Positions 17,466-26,420 of a DNA stretch of 64,000 nucleotides are shown in pieces. Origin of the DNA: an uncultured virus (IMG/VR IMGVR_UViG_3300029258_002844) (lineage: Duplodnaviria > Heunggongvirae > Uroviricota > Caudoviricetes); IMG/VR virus record IMGVR_UViG_3300029258_002844; one strand, 5' to 3'. The first letter of the stretch is position 1, and every line of letters begins with the position of its first letter. Made by a program: the position numbers and the translations under genes. Below the pieces are notes generated by a model. It saw only the letters and a list, made by a program, of their open reading frames with translations. It was not told where the DNA came from and ran no database searches.

Positions 17466-18478
17466 GCAACATCACAATAGCAGAAGTACTACGCGGAACA
17501 CAACCTGGCAGAATGCAGTCAGTTGGGTTTATGCAGATTATTCCATTGATCTCAGATCTTGTTGACGACAGATTCGAGACTCCGGAAAATTTGAATACCT
17601 CAACCTCCGACTACGGGACTGTCAATGTCCATAACGAAGCAAATGGTATGACCATTATGCCTTTTGGTACGGCCATCATCTCCAAGCAGGCAGCGCAGAA
17701 CCATGCTGTCCCAAAGGCGAAATTGATGGGCGCAAACGAGCGAGCAAAAATTACGACTGCTGCTTGTATTCAGGATTCACAGGGTGGCACAATTCGTGCA
17801 GGGAAACACCCTATGTCTATTCTACCTTGGGTTCTCAAGGAAGCGGCAATTATGACTCGTAATGTCCGACAGTACCAAAAGTTGTGGGAACCGATCAAGG
17901 TGTTTAATCAACGACTTGGTCTTCAGCTTCGTGGTCATCTTGAGTTCTATCTCGAGAAATTTCAGGACGATTTGGATCAGTTCATCGCTCATTTTGAGAT
18001 CGTTCCTAAGCAAGTTGGAGCAATTATGCTTCTCGATGGCGCAGTTCTTGGTGTTGAAAGAGCACCGAACTACAACTATTGGAAAGCAATCTGGAAACCT
18101 CTTGTAAGAGAGTGCTACGGATCTTTGATGATTCAATTCGCTAAGGAGAAAGGTGCAAATCCCGGCCTTCCCAAATCAAGAGTACCCTTGAAGTTTAAGG
18201 GTTCAAACTCTTTGACTGACATCTCAAAAGCTCTTACTGAAGCGAAAGCTAAAGAAGACGAGATGATCAAGAAGGTCGTTCGGAAGTTTATTACCGAGAA
18301 ATTCAAACAAGAACCGGAGGAAACAAAAGGAACCATCGTTGTGGAGAATCTCACCCACAAACAATTCACGGGACAAGTGGTTCGTGATGAGGACAAGGTG
18401 GTTTACGCTAGTTTGATAACACGTCAAGCCTGGAGTAGAAACCATACCTGGTATGAGGCTGACGAGTTTTCTATGTAG
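17462..18478 (+). CDS. ARPP-like protein (associated with RNA-processing proteins)
   Basis: Coupled to the TROVE-like gene; Q(N)H, AACIQ..QG, FE....QVG....L.G...G.E pattern recalled for ARPP-1/2 families. Confidence 0.55.
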   Translation: MSNITIAEVLRGTQPGRMQSVGFMQIIPLISDLVDDRFETPENLNTSTSDYGTVNVHNEANGMTIMPFGTAIISKQAAQNHAVPKAKLMGANERAKITTAACIQDSQGGTIRAGKHPMSILPWVLKEAAIMTRNVRQYQKLWEPIKVFNQRLGLQLRGHLEFYLEKFQDDLDQFIAHFEIVPKQVGAIMLLDGAVLGVERAPNYNYWKAIWKPLVRECYGSLMIQFAKEKGANPGLPKSRVPLKFKGSNSLTDISKALTEAKAKEDEMIKKVVRKFITEKFKQEPEETKGTIVVENLTHKQFTGQVVRDEDKVVYASLITRQAWSRNHTWYEADEFSM

Positions 18479-18531
18479 GACTTCTGGCAACTTCCCAATT
18501 GCCTTTTGTCATAGTGTTTCTCCTTTCCAAC

Positions 18532-18562
18532 GTGGTGGGGCATCGTAATGGTGCTCCACCAC
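18532..18562 (+). terminator. Hairpin after the TROVE-ARPP operon
   Basis: GTGGTGGGGCATC-GTAAT-GGTGCTCCACCAC. Confidence 0.5.
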
Positions 18563-18596
18563 ACAACTTTTAACACGTAAATTTTTTTCGTTCAAA

Positions 18597-18610
18597 GAAC
18601 AAATTATAAA
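18597..18610 (+). promoter_or_regulatory. Putative phage promoter GAACAAATTATAAA
   Basis: Recurs at 29521, 37114, 41004 upstream of plus-strand genes. Confidence 0.6.
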
Positions 18611-18615
18611 TTAAT

Positions 18616-18689
18616 AGTCCCTTAGTAGAATGGTAGCACATCTCTCTTACAAGGAGAAAAACTCGGTTCGATTCCGAGAGGGACTACCA
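18616..18689 (+). tRNA. tRNA-Val(UAC)
   Basis: CTTACAA loop, ACCA. Confidence 0.85.
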
Positions 18690-18892
18690 CATTAAAGGAG
18701 GTTGATTATTGAAAGAAAAAATATACGGATTTTCAGAAAGAAAAATGACCGAACAAAAAGAGTTTAATGTTCGTTGTCCTCAATGCACAAAGGTTTTTTC
18801 AATAACAACTTCATATGATGAGCTGGTAAACAATAAGCAGTCTTGTCCAGAATGTAAAGGAGAAAACAAAAAGAAGGCTGCGTAGGAGGAAC

Positions 18893-19162
18893 ATGAGAGA
18901 GGCAGTTGCAATCATGATTGCAATTGCACTGGTATGGTTGACTTGGTTTAATGATGGATCTCCAACGGAACAAAATTTTCCTCCAGAAGATTACTATATT
19001 GAGAATCCAGGTTCTTCTTTTATTAAAATTCCTAAGGGGTTTTTTAACAATAAAGACAACTTCTTAACAGAACAAGAAATGGAATTTTTTAAAGAAAACC
19101 TGGGCGAATATTTTGAATGGCGTCAAGAACAGCAAAGAAAAAAAGATGAGACTCCGGTGTAA
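18893..19162 (+). CDS. Membrane-anchored hypothetical protein
   Basis: AGGAGG RBS, N-terminal TM helix. Confidence 0.6.
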   Translation: MREAVAIMIAIALVWLTWFNDGSPTEQNFPPEDYYIENPGSSFIKIPKGFFNNKDNFLTEQEMEFFKENLGEYFEWRQEQQRKKDETPV

Positions 19163-19174
19163 TTGATTTTTAAT

Positions 19175-19334
19175 GCGGAAGTAGCTCAACTGGTAGAGCG
19201 CGATCCTCCCAGGATTGGTCAGTATACGCGAATCAGAACGATGATTAATATTAGTCCGGTTATTGCGGCGTGTCGGTGAGGTTGCCATCGTTCGCAGTCC
19301 GACCGTGCATGTTCGAATCATGCCTTCCGCTCCA
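19175..19334 (+). tRNA. tRNA-Gly(CCC) with about 90-nt structured variable-arm insertion
   Basis: GCGGAAG/CTTCCGC-TCCA, normal D arm, CGATC-CTCCCAG-GATTG, GCATG-TTCGAAT-CATGC. Confidence 0.75.
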
Positions 19335-19474
19335 CAGAAAGGATGGTGTTTATGGACAAGAAAGTTATAAAGATTGTATGTAGTAAATGTGGAAAATTGT
19401 ACGAGGTAAATCCAAAAGAAAGTTTGGAGTTACGAAATAGATTGTGTCCTGATTGTAAAAGACGATTTCAATAA

Positions 19475-19549
19475 GCGGGTATAACATAATGGTGAATGTG
19501 CTAGGCTTCCAACCTAGTGATGAGAGTTCGATTCTCTCTACCCGCTCCA
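19475..19549 (+). tRNA. tRNA-Gly(UCC)
   Basis: CTAGG-CTTCCAA-CCTAG, TCCA. Confidence 0.9.
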
Positions 19550-19567
19550 TTTTAGAAAGGCAGAACA

Positions 19568-19765
19568 GTGAAAGGAAAGTACATAACAACAGGTAAACTT
19601 TGTGTCTTGATGGGAGTAACCAGACAAACAATAAGAAATTGGATATTGAAAGGAGATATTCAAGCTTATCAAGTCGGTTACCATTATAGAATACCTATTG
19701 AGGAAGCGGCAAGAATTTTAACAAAGTTTGAGCTTCCAGTACCCGAGATAGAAAAGAGAGGGTAA
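19568..19765 (+). CDS. Excisionase-like HTH DNA-binding protein
   Basis: LMGVTRQTIRNWI..G.I.AYQVG.HYRIP. Confidence 0.8.
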   Translation: MKGKYITTGKLCVLMGVTRQTIRNWILKGDIQAYQVGYHYRIPIEEAARILTKFELPVPEIEKRG

Positions 19766-19988
19766 AACAATGTTCTGGATATTATGGTTTGTTGTATCAC
19801 CTGCATTATCTGCAATTATATTTCTTAAGTTTATAGAACCAGAAAGAAATAGTGTTGCTTTAAAAGAAATAGGTGAAGTATTATTTATGTGGGCTTTTGG
19901 ACCTATCACAACAATAATACTTTTAATGATGATTTTAGTAAGATGGTTTGCTAAAAACGCGGATAAAAAATTCACTTGGAGGAATTAA

Positions 19989-20333
19989 ATGTTCTATTCA
20001 TACGAAGCTGTAATAAGAAGAGTAGTAGATGGAGATACATTTGATGCAGATGTGGATGTTGGGTTTAGCATCACTATCGGTCATAGATTCCGTCTAGCAA
20101 ATGTTGACACTCCTGAAACATGGCGTCCAAAGACAGAAGCTGAGCGCGCTCATGGAGAAAAGGCTACTCTCTTTGTAAGAAATCTCATTGAGGGTAAGAA
20201 GGTCACATTACATACTCACAAGCTTGGTATTTATGGACGTTATGAGGCTGATGTCATCCTGGATAATGGAGAAAGACTTGCCAACTTGCTTGCAGAAAAT
20301 GGTCTAGAAAAATTGGACTCATACAGTGACTGA
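19989..20333 (+). CDS. Thermonuclease (SNase-like)
   Basis: RVVDGDT, RLANVDTPE, YGR. Confidence 0.85.
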   Translation: MFYSYEAVIRRVVDGDTFDADVDVGFSITIGHRFRLANVDTPETWRPKTEAERAHGEKATLFVRNLIEGKKVTLHTHKLGIYGRYEADVILDNGERLANLLAENGLEKLDSYSD

Positions 20334-20548
20334 TTTATTAGCTAACTCACAAGGATATATAATGGATCAGCAAACGTCCGACGACTTAATGTTATGTGGT
20401 CGAATTAAAGATATCGCTCAGCAATATGGTTGTGAGTTAACTAATATCAATCTTGATGAATTGGATTTTGCAATTGTTGGTGAAAGGAGTTATGAGGCAG
20501 GCGAAGCTATTTTGAAATATCTTACAAAAATAAGTGGAGGAGATTCAG

Positions 20549-21160
20549 ATGAGCGAATTCGAATTGGGAAAGCAAGTGAAAGCATTGAAGCGCTCCAAAT
20601 TATTCACACGGAAGTCAACTCCGGCAATAGTTTTGACGAATCCTAAATATCCTCATAATGTTGGTCAAACGGTAAGAGCTGCTTCATGTTTTGGCGCACA
20701 ACTTATTATGATCACAGGAAATCGGGTTAGTTTGGAAAAGGGAGATAAAACAAAATATAGACTTCCCCGAGAAGAAAGAATGAGAGGTTATAAGGACGTC
20801 AAGTTAATCTGTGATGATTATCCTTTTAATCGTTTTGATAAATCAGTAACTCCCGTTGCTGTCGAGTTTCGAGAGAATGCTGAACCATTACCATTTTTTG
20901 AACATCCTCGCAATGCTGTATATGTGTTTGGACCTGAGGATGGAAGTATACCTCAAGTTATGTTGCGCCATTGTCAACGATTTGTGGTCATTCCGACCAA
21001 ACATTGTGTTAACCTTGCTGCCGCTGTCTATTTGATTTTATATGACAGAATAGCAAAACTGGGTATTTGGCGAGGTGAGGATATTGAGAGGATGCAACCA
21101 TGGGCTGGAAAAGAAATATCAGATATGGGATCAGAAATCTATTCGCCTGGTTGCCATTAA
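20549..21160 (+). CDS. SpoU/TrmH-family RNA methyltransferase
   Basis: NPKYPHNVGQTVRAA, VFGPEDGSI, IP...CVNLAAAV. Confidence 0.85.
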   Translation: MSEFELGKQVKALKRSKLFTRKSTPAIVLTNPKYPHNVGQTVRAASCFGAQLIMITGNRVSLEKGDKTKYRLPREERMRGYKDVKLICDDYPFNRFDKSVTPVAVEFRENAEPLPFFEHPRNAVYVFGPEDGSIPQVMLRHCQRFVVIPTKHCVNLAAAVYLILYDRIAKLGIWRGEDIERMQPWAGKEISDMGSEIYSPGCH

Positions 21161-21579
21161 TCTGGAGAGATAGAGACTGGGATCACGGTTTTCTCTTTGA
21201 GATGCTTGAATTTAAACTCAAACGTATGGAGAAATGTCTTCGTAATGGGATTCATCTTTATGCTGACCAAACAGCAGACAAAGTAAAACTGTGCACTCAG
21301 CTTTTAGAACGTATTAACAAAGATGAATATCATGAAATGGTTTTTAGAAATCATGATAAAAAATGGGGTCGAGGAGAGATAACTTTCACGGATTGTGAAG
21401 ATCGTGAAGGAATGTCTGAACTTCATATTAGATATCCTAATGTCAAAACAGAAGAAGATCTTGAACAACAAAGAAAAGAATATAGAGCATTGATGAAACG
21501 TCCTGATGAATTAATGCAACAGGATATTGATTTGCTCTTTGAAACAATGCGAAAACATATTCGAGAATGGTGGGACTAG
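21100..21579 (+). CDS. Hypothetical phage protein
   Basis: W.P.IW.DRDWD...WWD* pattern. Confidence 0.65.
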   Translation: MGWKRNIRYGIRNLFAWLPLIWRDRDWDHGFLFEMLEFKLKRMEKCLRNGIHLYADQTADKVKLCTQLLERINKDEYHEMVFRNHDKKWGRGEITFTDCEDREGMSELHIRYPNVKTEEDLEQQRKEYRALMKRPDELMQQDIDLLFETMRKHIREWWD

Positions 21580-21785
21580 TGAAACTTGAAGAAGGTGAAG
21601 TAAAGTGTCCGAAATGTAAAGGTAAAGCTTACACTCGTGAAGAGAATGGTTTTAAAACTCTATGTTCTAAGTGTATGGGTTATGGAAAGTTAGACTGGAT
21701 CGAAAATGTAGTTGGTGTTCGACCTGGAAACCGAAGCGGAAGACCCAAATATAAACAAGAATATATTCAACTGGTGAAGCGATGA
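21579..21785 (+). CDS. DnaJ-type zinc-finger small protein (DW.ENVVG family)
   Basis: CPKCKGK...CSKCMGYGKLDWIENVVG. Confidence 0.7.
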   Translation: MKLEEGEVKCPKCKGKAYTREENGFKTLCSKCMGYGKLDWIENVVGVRPGNRSGRPKYKQEYIQLVKR

Positions 21786-22099
21786 ATCTTGAAGAAGATG
21801 AACACATATGTCCAAAGTGTAATGGCAACCGTGTAGTTTGTAGAAAAAAAGATGATGTGTGGATTATATGTCCGTTTTGTCAGGGGGTTGGAAAATTAGA
21901 TTGGATTGAAAATGTGGTAGGCAAACGAAAAATGCCATACCATCAACTTCAAGATAAAATGTATGATATGCTTCTTCAACAAGCAGAGAGACAAAGAATA
22001 ATTATTGAAACAGCGAGGCAAAATGGAGAAACTAGACGAGACGTTAGGCGAGATGATTTGCGACCAATGCGAAGGCACTGGGAAGGTCCCGGTTTCTAA
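21782..22099 (+). CDS. DnaJ-type zinc-finger small protein (DW.ENVVG family)
   Basis: CPKCNGN...CPFCQGVGKLDWIENVVG. Confidence 0.7.
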   Translation: MNLEEDEHICPKCNGNRVVCRKKDDVWIICPFCQGVGKLDWIENVVGKRKMPYHQLQDKMYDMLLQQAERQRIIIETARQNGETRRDVRRDDLRPMRRHWEGPGF

Positions 22100-22361
22100 A
22101 CATAATGGAATTACTGTTATTGAATCTTTGAAACAATGTCCGAAATGTGTTGGACATGGAAAAGTTGACTGGGTTGAGAATGTTGTTGGTAAAAGAAAAA
22201 CTTCTAAACAAGCACTCAAAGAAGTTTTTGGAGCGTTGGCTGATGCAATGGGGGATGGCTTTGAATCTACAGTATATGGTGTTGGTGGTACAGGAATGAC
22301 ACATGCAACATCAATGAAACATATACTCAAGTCTGTAGCAGACCTAAAGGAAGAATCATGA
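22023..22361 (+). CDS. DnaJ-type zinc-finger small protein (DW.ENVVG family)
   Basis: CDQCEGTG...CPKCVGHGKVDWVENVVG. Confidence 0.7.
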   Translation: MEKLDETLGEMICDQCEGTGKVPVSKHNGITVIESLKQCPKCVGHGKVDWVENVVGKRKTSKQALKEVFGALADAMGDGFESTVYGVGGTGMTHATSMKHILKSVADLKEES

Positions 22362-22575
22362 ATATATTATGGTTAGTTGTTATTATTGGTCTCTTTGCTG
22401 GCGTTATTTTTATAGCTAGAAAGAATGAAGAGAGACTCTGGAATAATGGCAAATGTGAATGTGGTGGATTGTGGAAACATTTTGATACTGATTCTCAGGG
22501 AGGACGAGGTTATAATTGTTCCAATCCAGAATGTGATAATAGTATTTGGATTTCTTACAAGGTAGACAAAACTAA

Positions 22576-22650
22576 GCGGGTGTAGCTCAACGGATAGAGC
22601 ACTGCATTGCCAATGCAGAGACGAGAGTTCGACTCTCTCCATCCGCTCCA
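22576..22650 (+). tRNA. tRNA-Gly(GCC)
   Basis: CTGCA-TTGCCAA-TGCAG, TCCA. Confidence 0.9.
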
Positions 22651-23142
22651 TTGAAAGGATTTCGAATGAGTTTATGGAAAGATATGAAAGATTTAGTAAA
22701 TGGAATGAAGATAGATGAAGAAATAACCAGAAATCAATTACTTAAAAAACTCAAAGAACATGACAACTTTAAAAAACACACAACAGTAGATATGTATAGG
22801 AATGCTCTTACTCATGCAGGTGTGTTGGAAGTAAAATCAAGAGGAGTATATATCAAAAAGAAGCATATTCGACCAAAACTGACAATTACTGAATTGAGAG
22901 ATATTGCTTATCATTATACTTGGAAATCTTGGTTTGTACAAGTAGATCAATGATTGTAAATAAACAGAAAACATGCGCTGACGCAGATATAAACACAAAA
23001 GGTTTTTGTGATTATGGCGCTTGGTGGGAACGAGGTTGTTATTGTCAACTTGGACCCTGTAAAGGATTGAGATGTCCGTATGCATACAAACCAATACAGA
23101 AACCATCGGATAAACCCTATTACCCGAATATAGAGGTAGACG

Positions 23143-23556
23143 ATGACTTTTGAATTTAAAACAGACAATGATTTTGCATCAAGAGAAGAATTTGAACTCC
23201 ATTTAATCGAGTGGCGCAACTATGTTGAATCAGGTCAGTCAGTAAGAGACCATGAACATTACATTAATGTTGATCGCTATAAACTTGACATATGGGGTGG
23301 TAAAGGGCATCAAGAAGATGCTATAGTTGTTCGTGAAAGACTTGTAGATGGCATACCAGCTTTTACATTGTTTCATGAAGTTGGTTTAACAGAGACTAAA
23401 AGTGAAGCCAGAAGACTTATACAAGGCGGCGGTGCTTATTGTAATGGAAAACGAGTCATGTTGTTTGATTTGCATATTACTGATGAACATATCATTAATG
23501 ATGAAATAATACTTGGTGTGGGTAAGAAAAGAAAAAGGAGAATATTAGTAAGATGA
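23143..23556 (+). CDS. S4 RNA-binding domain protein (TyrRS C-terminus-like)
   Basis: GL...KSEARRLIQGGGAYCNG...GKK. Confidence 0.8.
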   Translation: MTFEFKTDNDFASREEFELHLIEWRNYVESGQSVRDHEHYINVDRYKLDIWGGKGHQEDAIVVRERLVDGIPAFTLFHEVGLTETKSEARRLIQGGGAYCNGKRVMLFDLHITDEHIINDEIILGVGKKRKRRILVR

Positions 23557-24071
23557 GTCCATCTTGTGGTGACAGATTACGTGAAGAGGCAAATGAAAGA
23601 GCTAGGCAAGAGAGGAAGAAAAAAATTCCTATTAAAAGTCAGCCGAAGATCTTTTTATCAACTCCAGAAGTAGGGGAGATGCTTGGTGTTTTTCATACGA
23701 CCGTACGTAGATGGTGTGAGAATAAAAAGATCACAGCATTTCGTGTAGGGAGAAATTGGAAAGTACCAATACCCGCTCTTCATAAATTTCTATCTGATCG
23801 GGGATTGCCTGTGCCACAAGATTTAAAAGAAGCGATGCCAAAACATAATCGCATTCGCTTTGATCTTGACGACAAACAAATGGAAAAGTACTATAGTTGG
23901 CGAGAGAAACATGATACATATTGCCCATTGACCAATGGTCGTTCAGGAGCTATTGGTGGACGGACAACATTTTCCTTTACACCAACAGGTCTTGGGACCG
24001 CAGTTACTGTAGAATGTGGTTGTGGACAAGGTGAATGTAAAATGGATTTAACCGACGTTGACGATTGGTAA
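23553..24071 (+). CDS. Excisionase-like HTH protein with C-terminal domain
   Basis: EVGEMLGVFHTTVRRW...RVGRNWKVP. Confidence 0.7.
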   Translation: MSPSCGDRLREEANERARQERKKKIPIKSQPKIFLSTPEVGEMLGVFHTTVRRWCENKKITAFRVGRNWKVPIPALHKFLSDRGLPVPQDLKEAMPKHNRIRFDLDDKQMEKYYSWREKHDTYCPLTNGRSGAIGGRTTFSFTPTGLGTAVTVECGCGQGECKMDLTDVDDW

Positions 24072-24086
24072 TTGAAAGGAGAAAGA

Positions 24087-24662
24087 ATGGATAAACCGTT
24101 AATCGTAAATCTATTTGGTGGACCGGGAGCTGGTAAGTCAACAACTGCAACAGGTGTATTCTCATTGTTAAAACTTCATGGAGTTAATGCTGAATATGTT
24201 CCTGAATTTGCAAAGGATTTAACTTGGGAGGAACGAGCCAAAACACTTCAAAATCAAATTTATCTATTTGGAAAACAATATCATAGGTCGTGGAGATTGT
24301 TTGATCAGGTAGATGTAATCATTACAGATGCTCCATTTATATTGGGTCTTGTATATGGCATTTTTGATCTATCAATGGTTCAAGTAATGATGGGAAGATT
24401 TGAAGAGTGTAATAACTTAAACTTCTTCCTGAGACGAGTTAAGAAGTATGAACCAAAAGGTCGAAATCAAACTTTCGATGAAGCCAAATTGCTTGATGGA
24501 AAAATCTATGCTATGTTAACTGCTCATGGTATAGAGCATACAGAAGCTGAGGGTAATCATACAGCAATAAATATGATTGCATCATATATTCTGAGAAAGT
24601 TTGAAAAGGGGTTGAAGTATGAGATAACTCCTTTAATGAACCCAGAAGTTCATGAGATATAA
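24087..24662 (+). CDS. P-loop nucleotide kinase-like protein
   Basis: NLFGGPGAGKST, EYVPEFAK, IITD, GR.Q. Confidence 0.75.
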   Translation: MDKPLIVNLFGGPGAGKSTTATGVFSLLKLHGVNAEYVPEFAKDLTWEERAKTLQNQIYLFGKQYHRSWRLFDQVDVIITDAPFILGLVYGIFDLSMVQVMMGRFEECNNLNFFLRRVKKYEPKGRNQTFDEAKLLDGKIYAMLTAHGIEHTEAEGNHTAINMIASYILRKFEKGLKYEITPLMNPEVHEI

Positions 24663-24667
24663 CATAT

Positions 24668-24744
24668 TCCTCTGTAACTCAACCAGGCTAGAGTACCTGA
24701 CTTTTAATCAGGGAATTCGGGTTCAAATCCCGGCAGGGGAACCA
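24668..24744 (+). tRNA. tRNA-Lys(UUU)
   Basis: CCTGA-CTTTTAA-TCAGG, ACCA. Confidence 0.85.
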
Positions 24745-24750
24745 TTTTAT

Positions 24751-24823
24751 AGGCTGGTAGCTTAATAGAAAGCTCGCGACGATTAATCGCGAATCGGAGG
24801 TTAGAACCCTTCCCAGCCTACCA
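24751..24823 (+). tRNA. Atypical tRNA (loop CGATTAA, nominal AUU anticodon; T loop TTAGAAC)
   Basis: AGGCTGG/CCAGCCT-ACCA, CGCGA-CGATTAA-TCGCG. Confidence 0.6.
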
Positions 24824-24827
24824 CTTT

Positions 24828-24904
24828 GGATCCGTAGCTCAATTGCGTAGAGCAACTGGCTCTTAACCAGTAGGTTGGAGGTTCGAATCCTCTCGGGTCT
24901 ACCA
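24828..24904 (+). tRNA. tRNA-Lys(CUU)
   Basis: ACTGG-CTCTTAA-CCAGT, ACCA. Confidence 0.9.
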
Positions 24905-24922
24905 TTTTTGAAAGGAATAACA

Positions 24923-25150
24923 ATGAAAGAAAAAGAAATTCAAGAATTGGACAACATGTTCACGTATCATCCGCCAACAGGCAAACAACCCGAAGTGTAT
25001 GAACAACTCAGAGCTGCTTCAAAGGAACTAGCAACACTGATTGTTCAAATTTGTCCTGACTCCGATGAGAGAAGAAAAGCAGTCGCCAGAGTTAATGAAG
25101 CAAACTTCTGGGCAAATGCTTCAGTGGCAAGACACACGAAACGAGATTAG
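24923..25150 (+). CDS. Acb2/Tad1-like helical-hairpin protein (putative signal sponge)
   Basis: FTYHPP...Y..LR....LA..I...CP.S.ER..A.....EA.FWANA.VAR. Confidence 0.6.
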   Translation: MKEKEIQELDNMFTYHPPTGKQPEVYEQLRAASKELATLIVQICPDSDERRKAVARVNEANFWANASVARHTKRD

Positions 25151-25224
25151 ACCAGGTCGCCAAGTTGGTAAGGCAACAGTCTGCAAAACTGTCATCACGG
25201 GTTCGAATCCCGTTCTGGTCTCCA
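25150..25224 (+). tRNA. tRNA-Cys(GCA)
   Basis: ACAGT-CTGCAAA-ACTGT, U73-CCA. Confidence 0.9.
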
Positions 25225-25252
25225 TTAGAGAAAAATCGAAAGGAGAATAGCT

Positions 25253-25582
25253 ATGTGGATATGGATCGTTAGAATATTGAGATGGATTGTATTTTCGTTG
25301 ATTTGGAAAACACTCAAAACAAGTGGAATTGGTCTCAGTGAAATTACCACCTTCACTTGGGAACAAATAAAAAACCTCGGTGAATGGTACGACGGTTTGA
25401 AAGAACCAGGAAGATTTTATCTGTTCATATTAGTCTCTATCATTCTGATTCTCGCAGCAGCTTTGGGTCATCCAATTTTGAAAACAATCTCTCTTGCATT
25501 GTTGCTTGTTGTGATTGTTAAAACTTATATGTCCCAGTTGAAAGAGATAGAGAAAGGAAGTAAAAAAGTTGAAAACGTGTAA
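25253..25582 (+). CDS. Membrane protein
   Basis: AAGGAG RBS, hydrophobic helices. Confidence 0.6.
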   Translation: MWIWIVRILRWIVFSLIWKTLKTSGIGLSEITTFTWEQIKNLGEWYDGLKEPGRFYLFILVSIILILAAALGHPILKTISLALLLVVIVKTYMSQLKEIEKGSKKVENV

Positions 25583-26156
25583 ATTTGGGTGTGGAAGAAA
25601 AGCTATTCACCAATATAAAGATGGTACTTGGTGTTGTAGTTCAAATGTATCAAAATGTCCAGAAATCAAAAAGAAAATGAGTAGGACTAACACCCTTATT
25701 CCACACCAAAAAACAAAATGTAGTTTTTGTAAGAGGAAAATAACACTCTCAAACTTGAATCACCATGCGGCAACATGTTATTTGAATCCTAAGAATTTGC
25801 GTTTATGTCCTGTTTGTGGAGATCCTATCAAAGACTCAAACCATACTACATGTTCTAACAAATGTAAAGGTAAGTATTTTAAAGAAGTGTACAGCGCATG
25901 TAGGACAAAACCTGATGATGAGCTAAAAGATTACAGGATAATATGTTTTAGACATCATGAAAAGAAGTGTGTTATATGTGGTGAGGAAAATGTTACAGAG
26001 GTTCACCATTTCGATGAAGAAAAATCAAACAATAACAAAGATAACTTAATTCCTCTATGTCCAACACATCACAAATATATGCATAACAGGTTTAAGTCGT
26101 TAATTGAACAAAAGGTAAATACATATATAGCAAATTTTAAAGCTGATGTCGCTTAG
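25569..26156 (+). CDS. HNH endonuclease with CxYGCG-type N-terminal zinc module
   Basis: CKFGCG...WCCS...CP; CVICG...EVHH.D...N...NLIPLCPTHH. Confidence 0.75.
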   Translation: MKTCKFGCGRKAIHQYKDGTWCCSSNVSKCPEIKKKMSRTNTLIPHQKTKCSFCKRKITLSNLNHHAATCYLNPKNLRLCPVCGDPIKDSNHTTCSNKCKGKYFKEVYSACRTKPDDELKDYRIICFRHHEKKCVICGEENVTEVHHFDEEKSNNNKDNLIPLCPTHHKYMHNRFKSLIEQKVNTYIANFKADVA

Positions 26157-26227
26157 TGGCCGATAGCGCCGGTCTTGTAAACCGGAGGAGAAATCCCACG
26201 GGTGTTCGAATCACCCCATCAGCTCCA
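26142..26227 (+). tRNA. tRNA-Thr(UGU) with long variable arm
   Basis: CCGGT-CTTGTAA-ACCGG, GGA-GAAA-TCC, TCCA. Confidence 0.85.
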
Positions 26228-26420
26228 AAAGGTAATTATGGACAAATTACGGGAATTTGGTTATTGGATTCTGTTTTGTCTAACTGTTGTAGGTGGGTTC
26301 ATGCACTGGATATTTATTCTATGTTCAGACGATGTTCTCATTGAAACAGAAGACGAAGAATGGTCCGTAACCTTCCCGAATTTGTTCGACAATGATGACC
26401 TTGAGTAGGAGGAGAACGAT

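Noticed and set aside
19218..19307. Group I intron or canonical BHB intron in tRNA-Gly(CCC)
   Set aside because: Too short, wrong position, no clear bulge-helix-bulge by eye.
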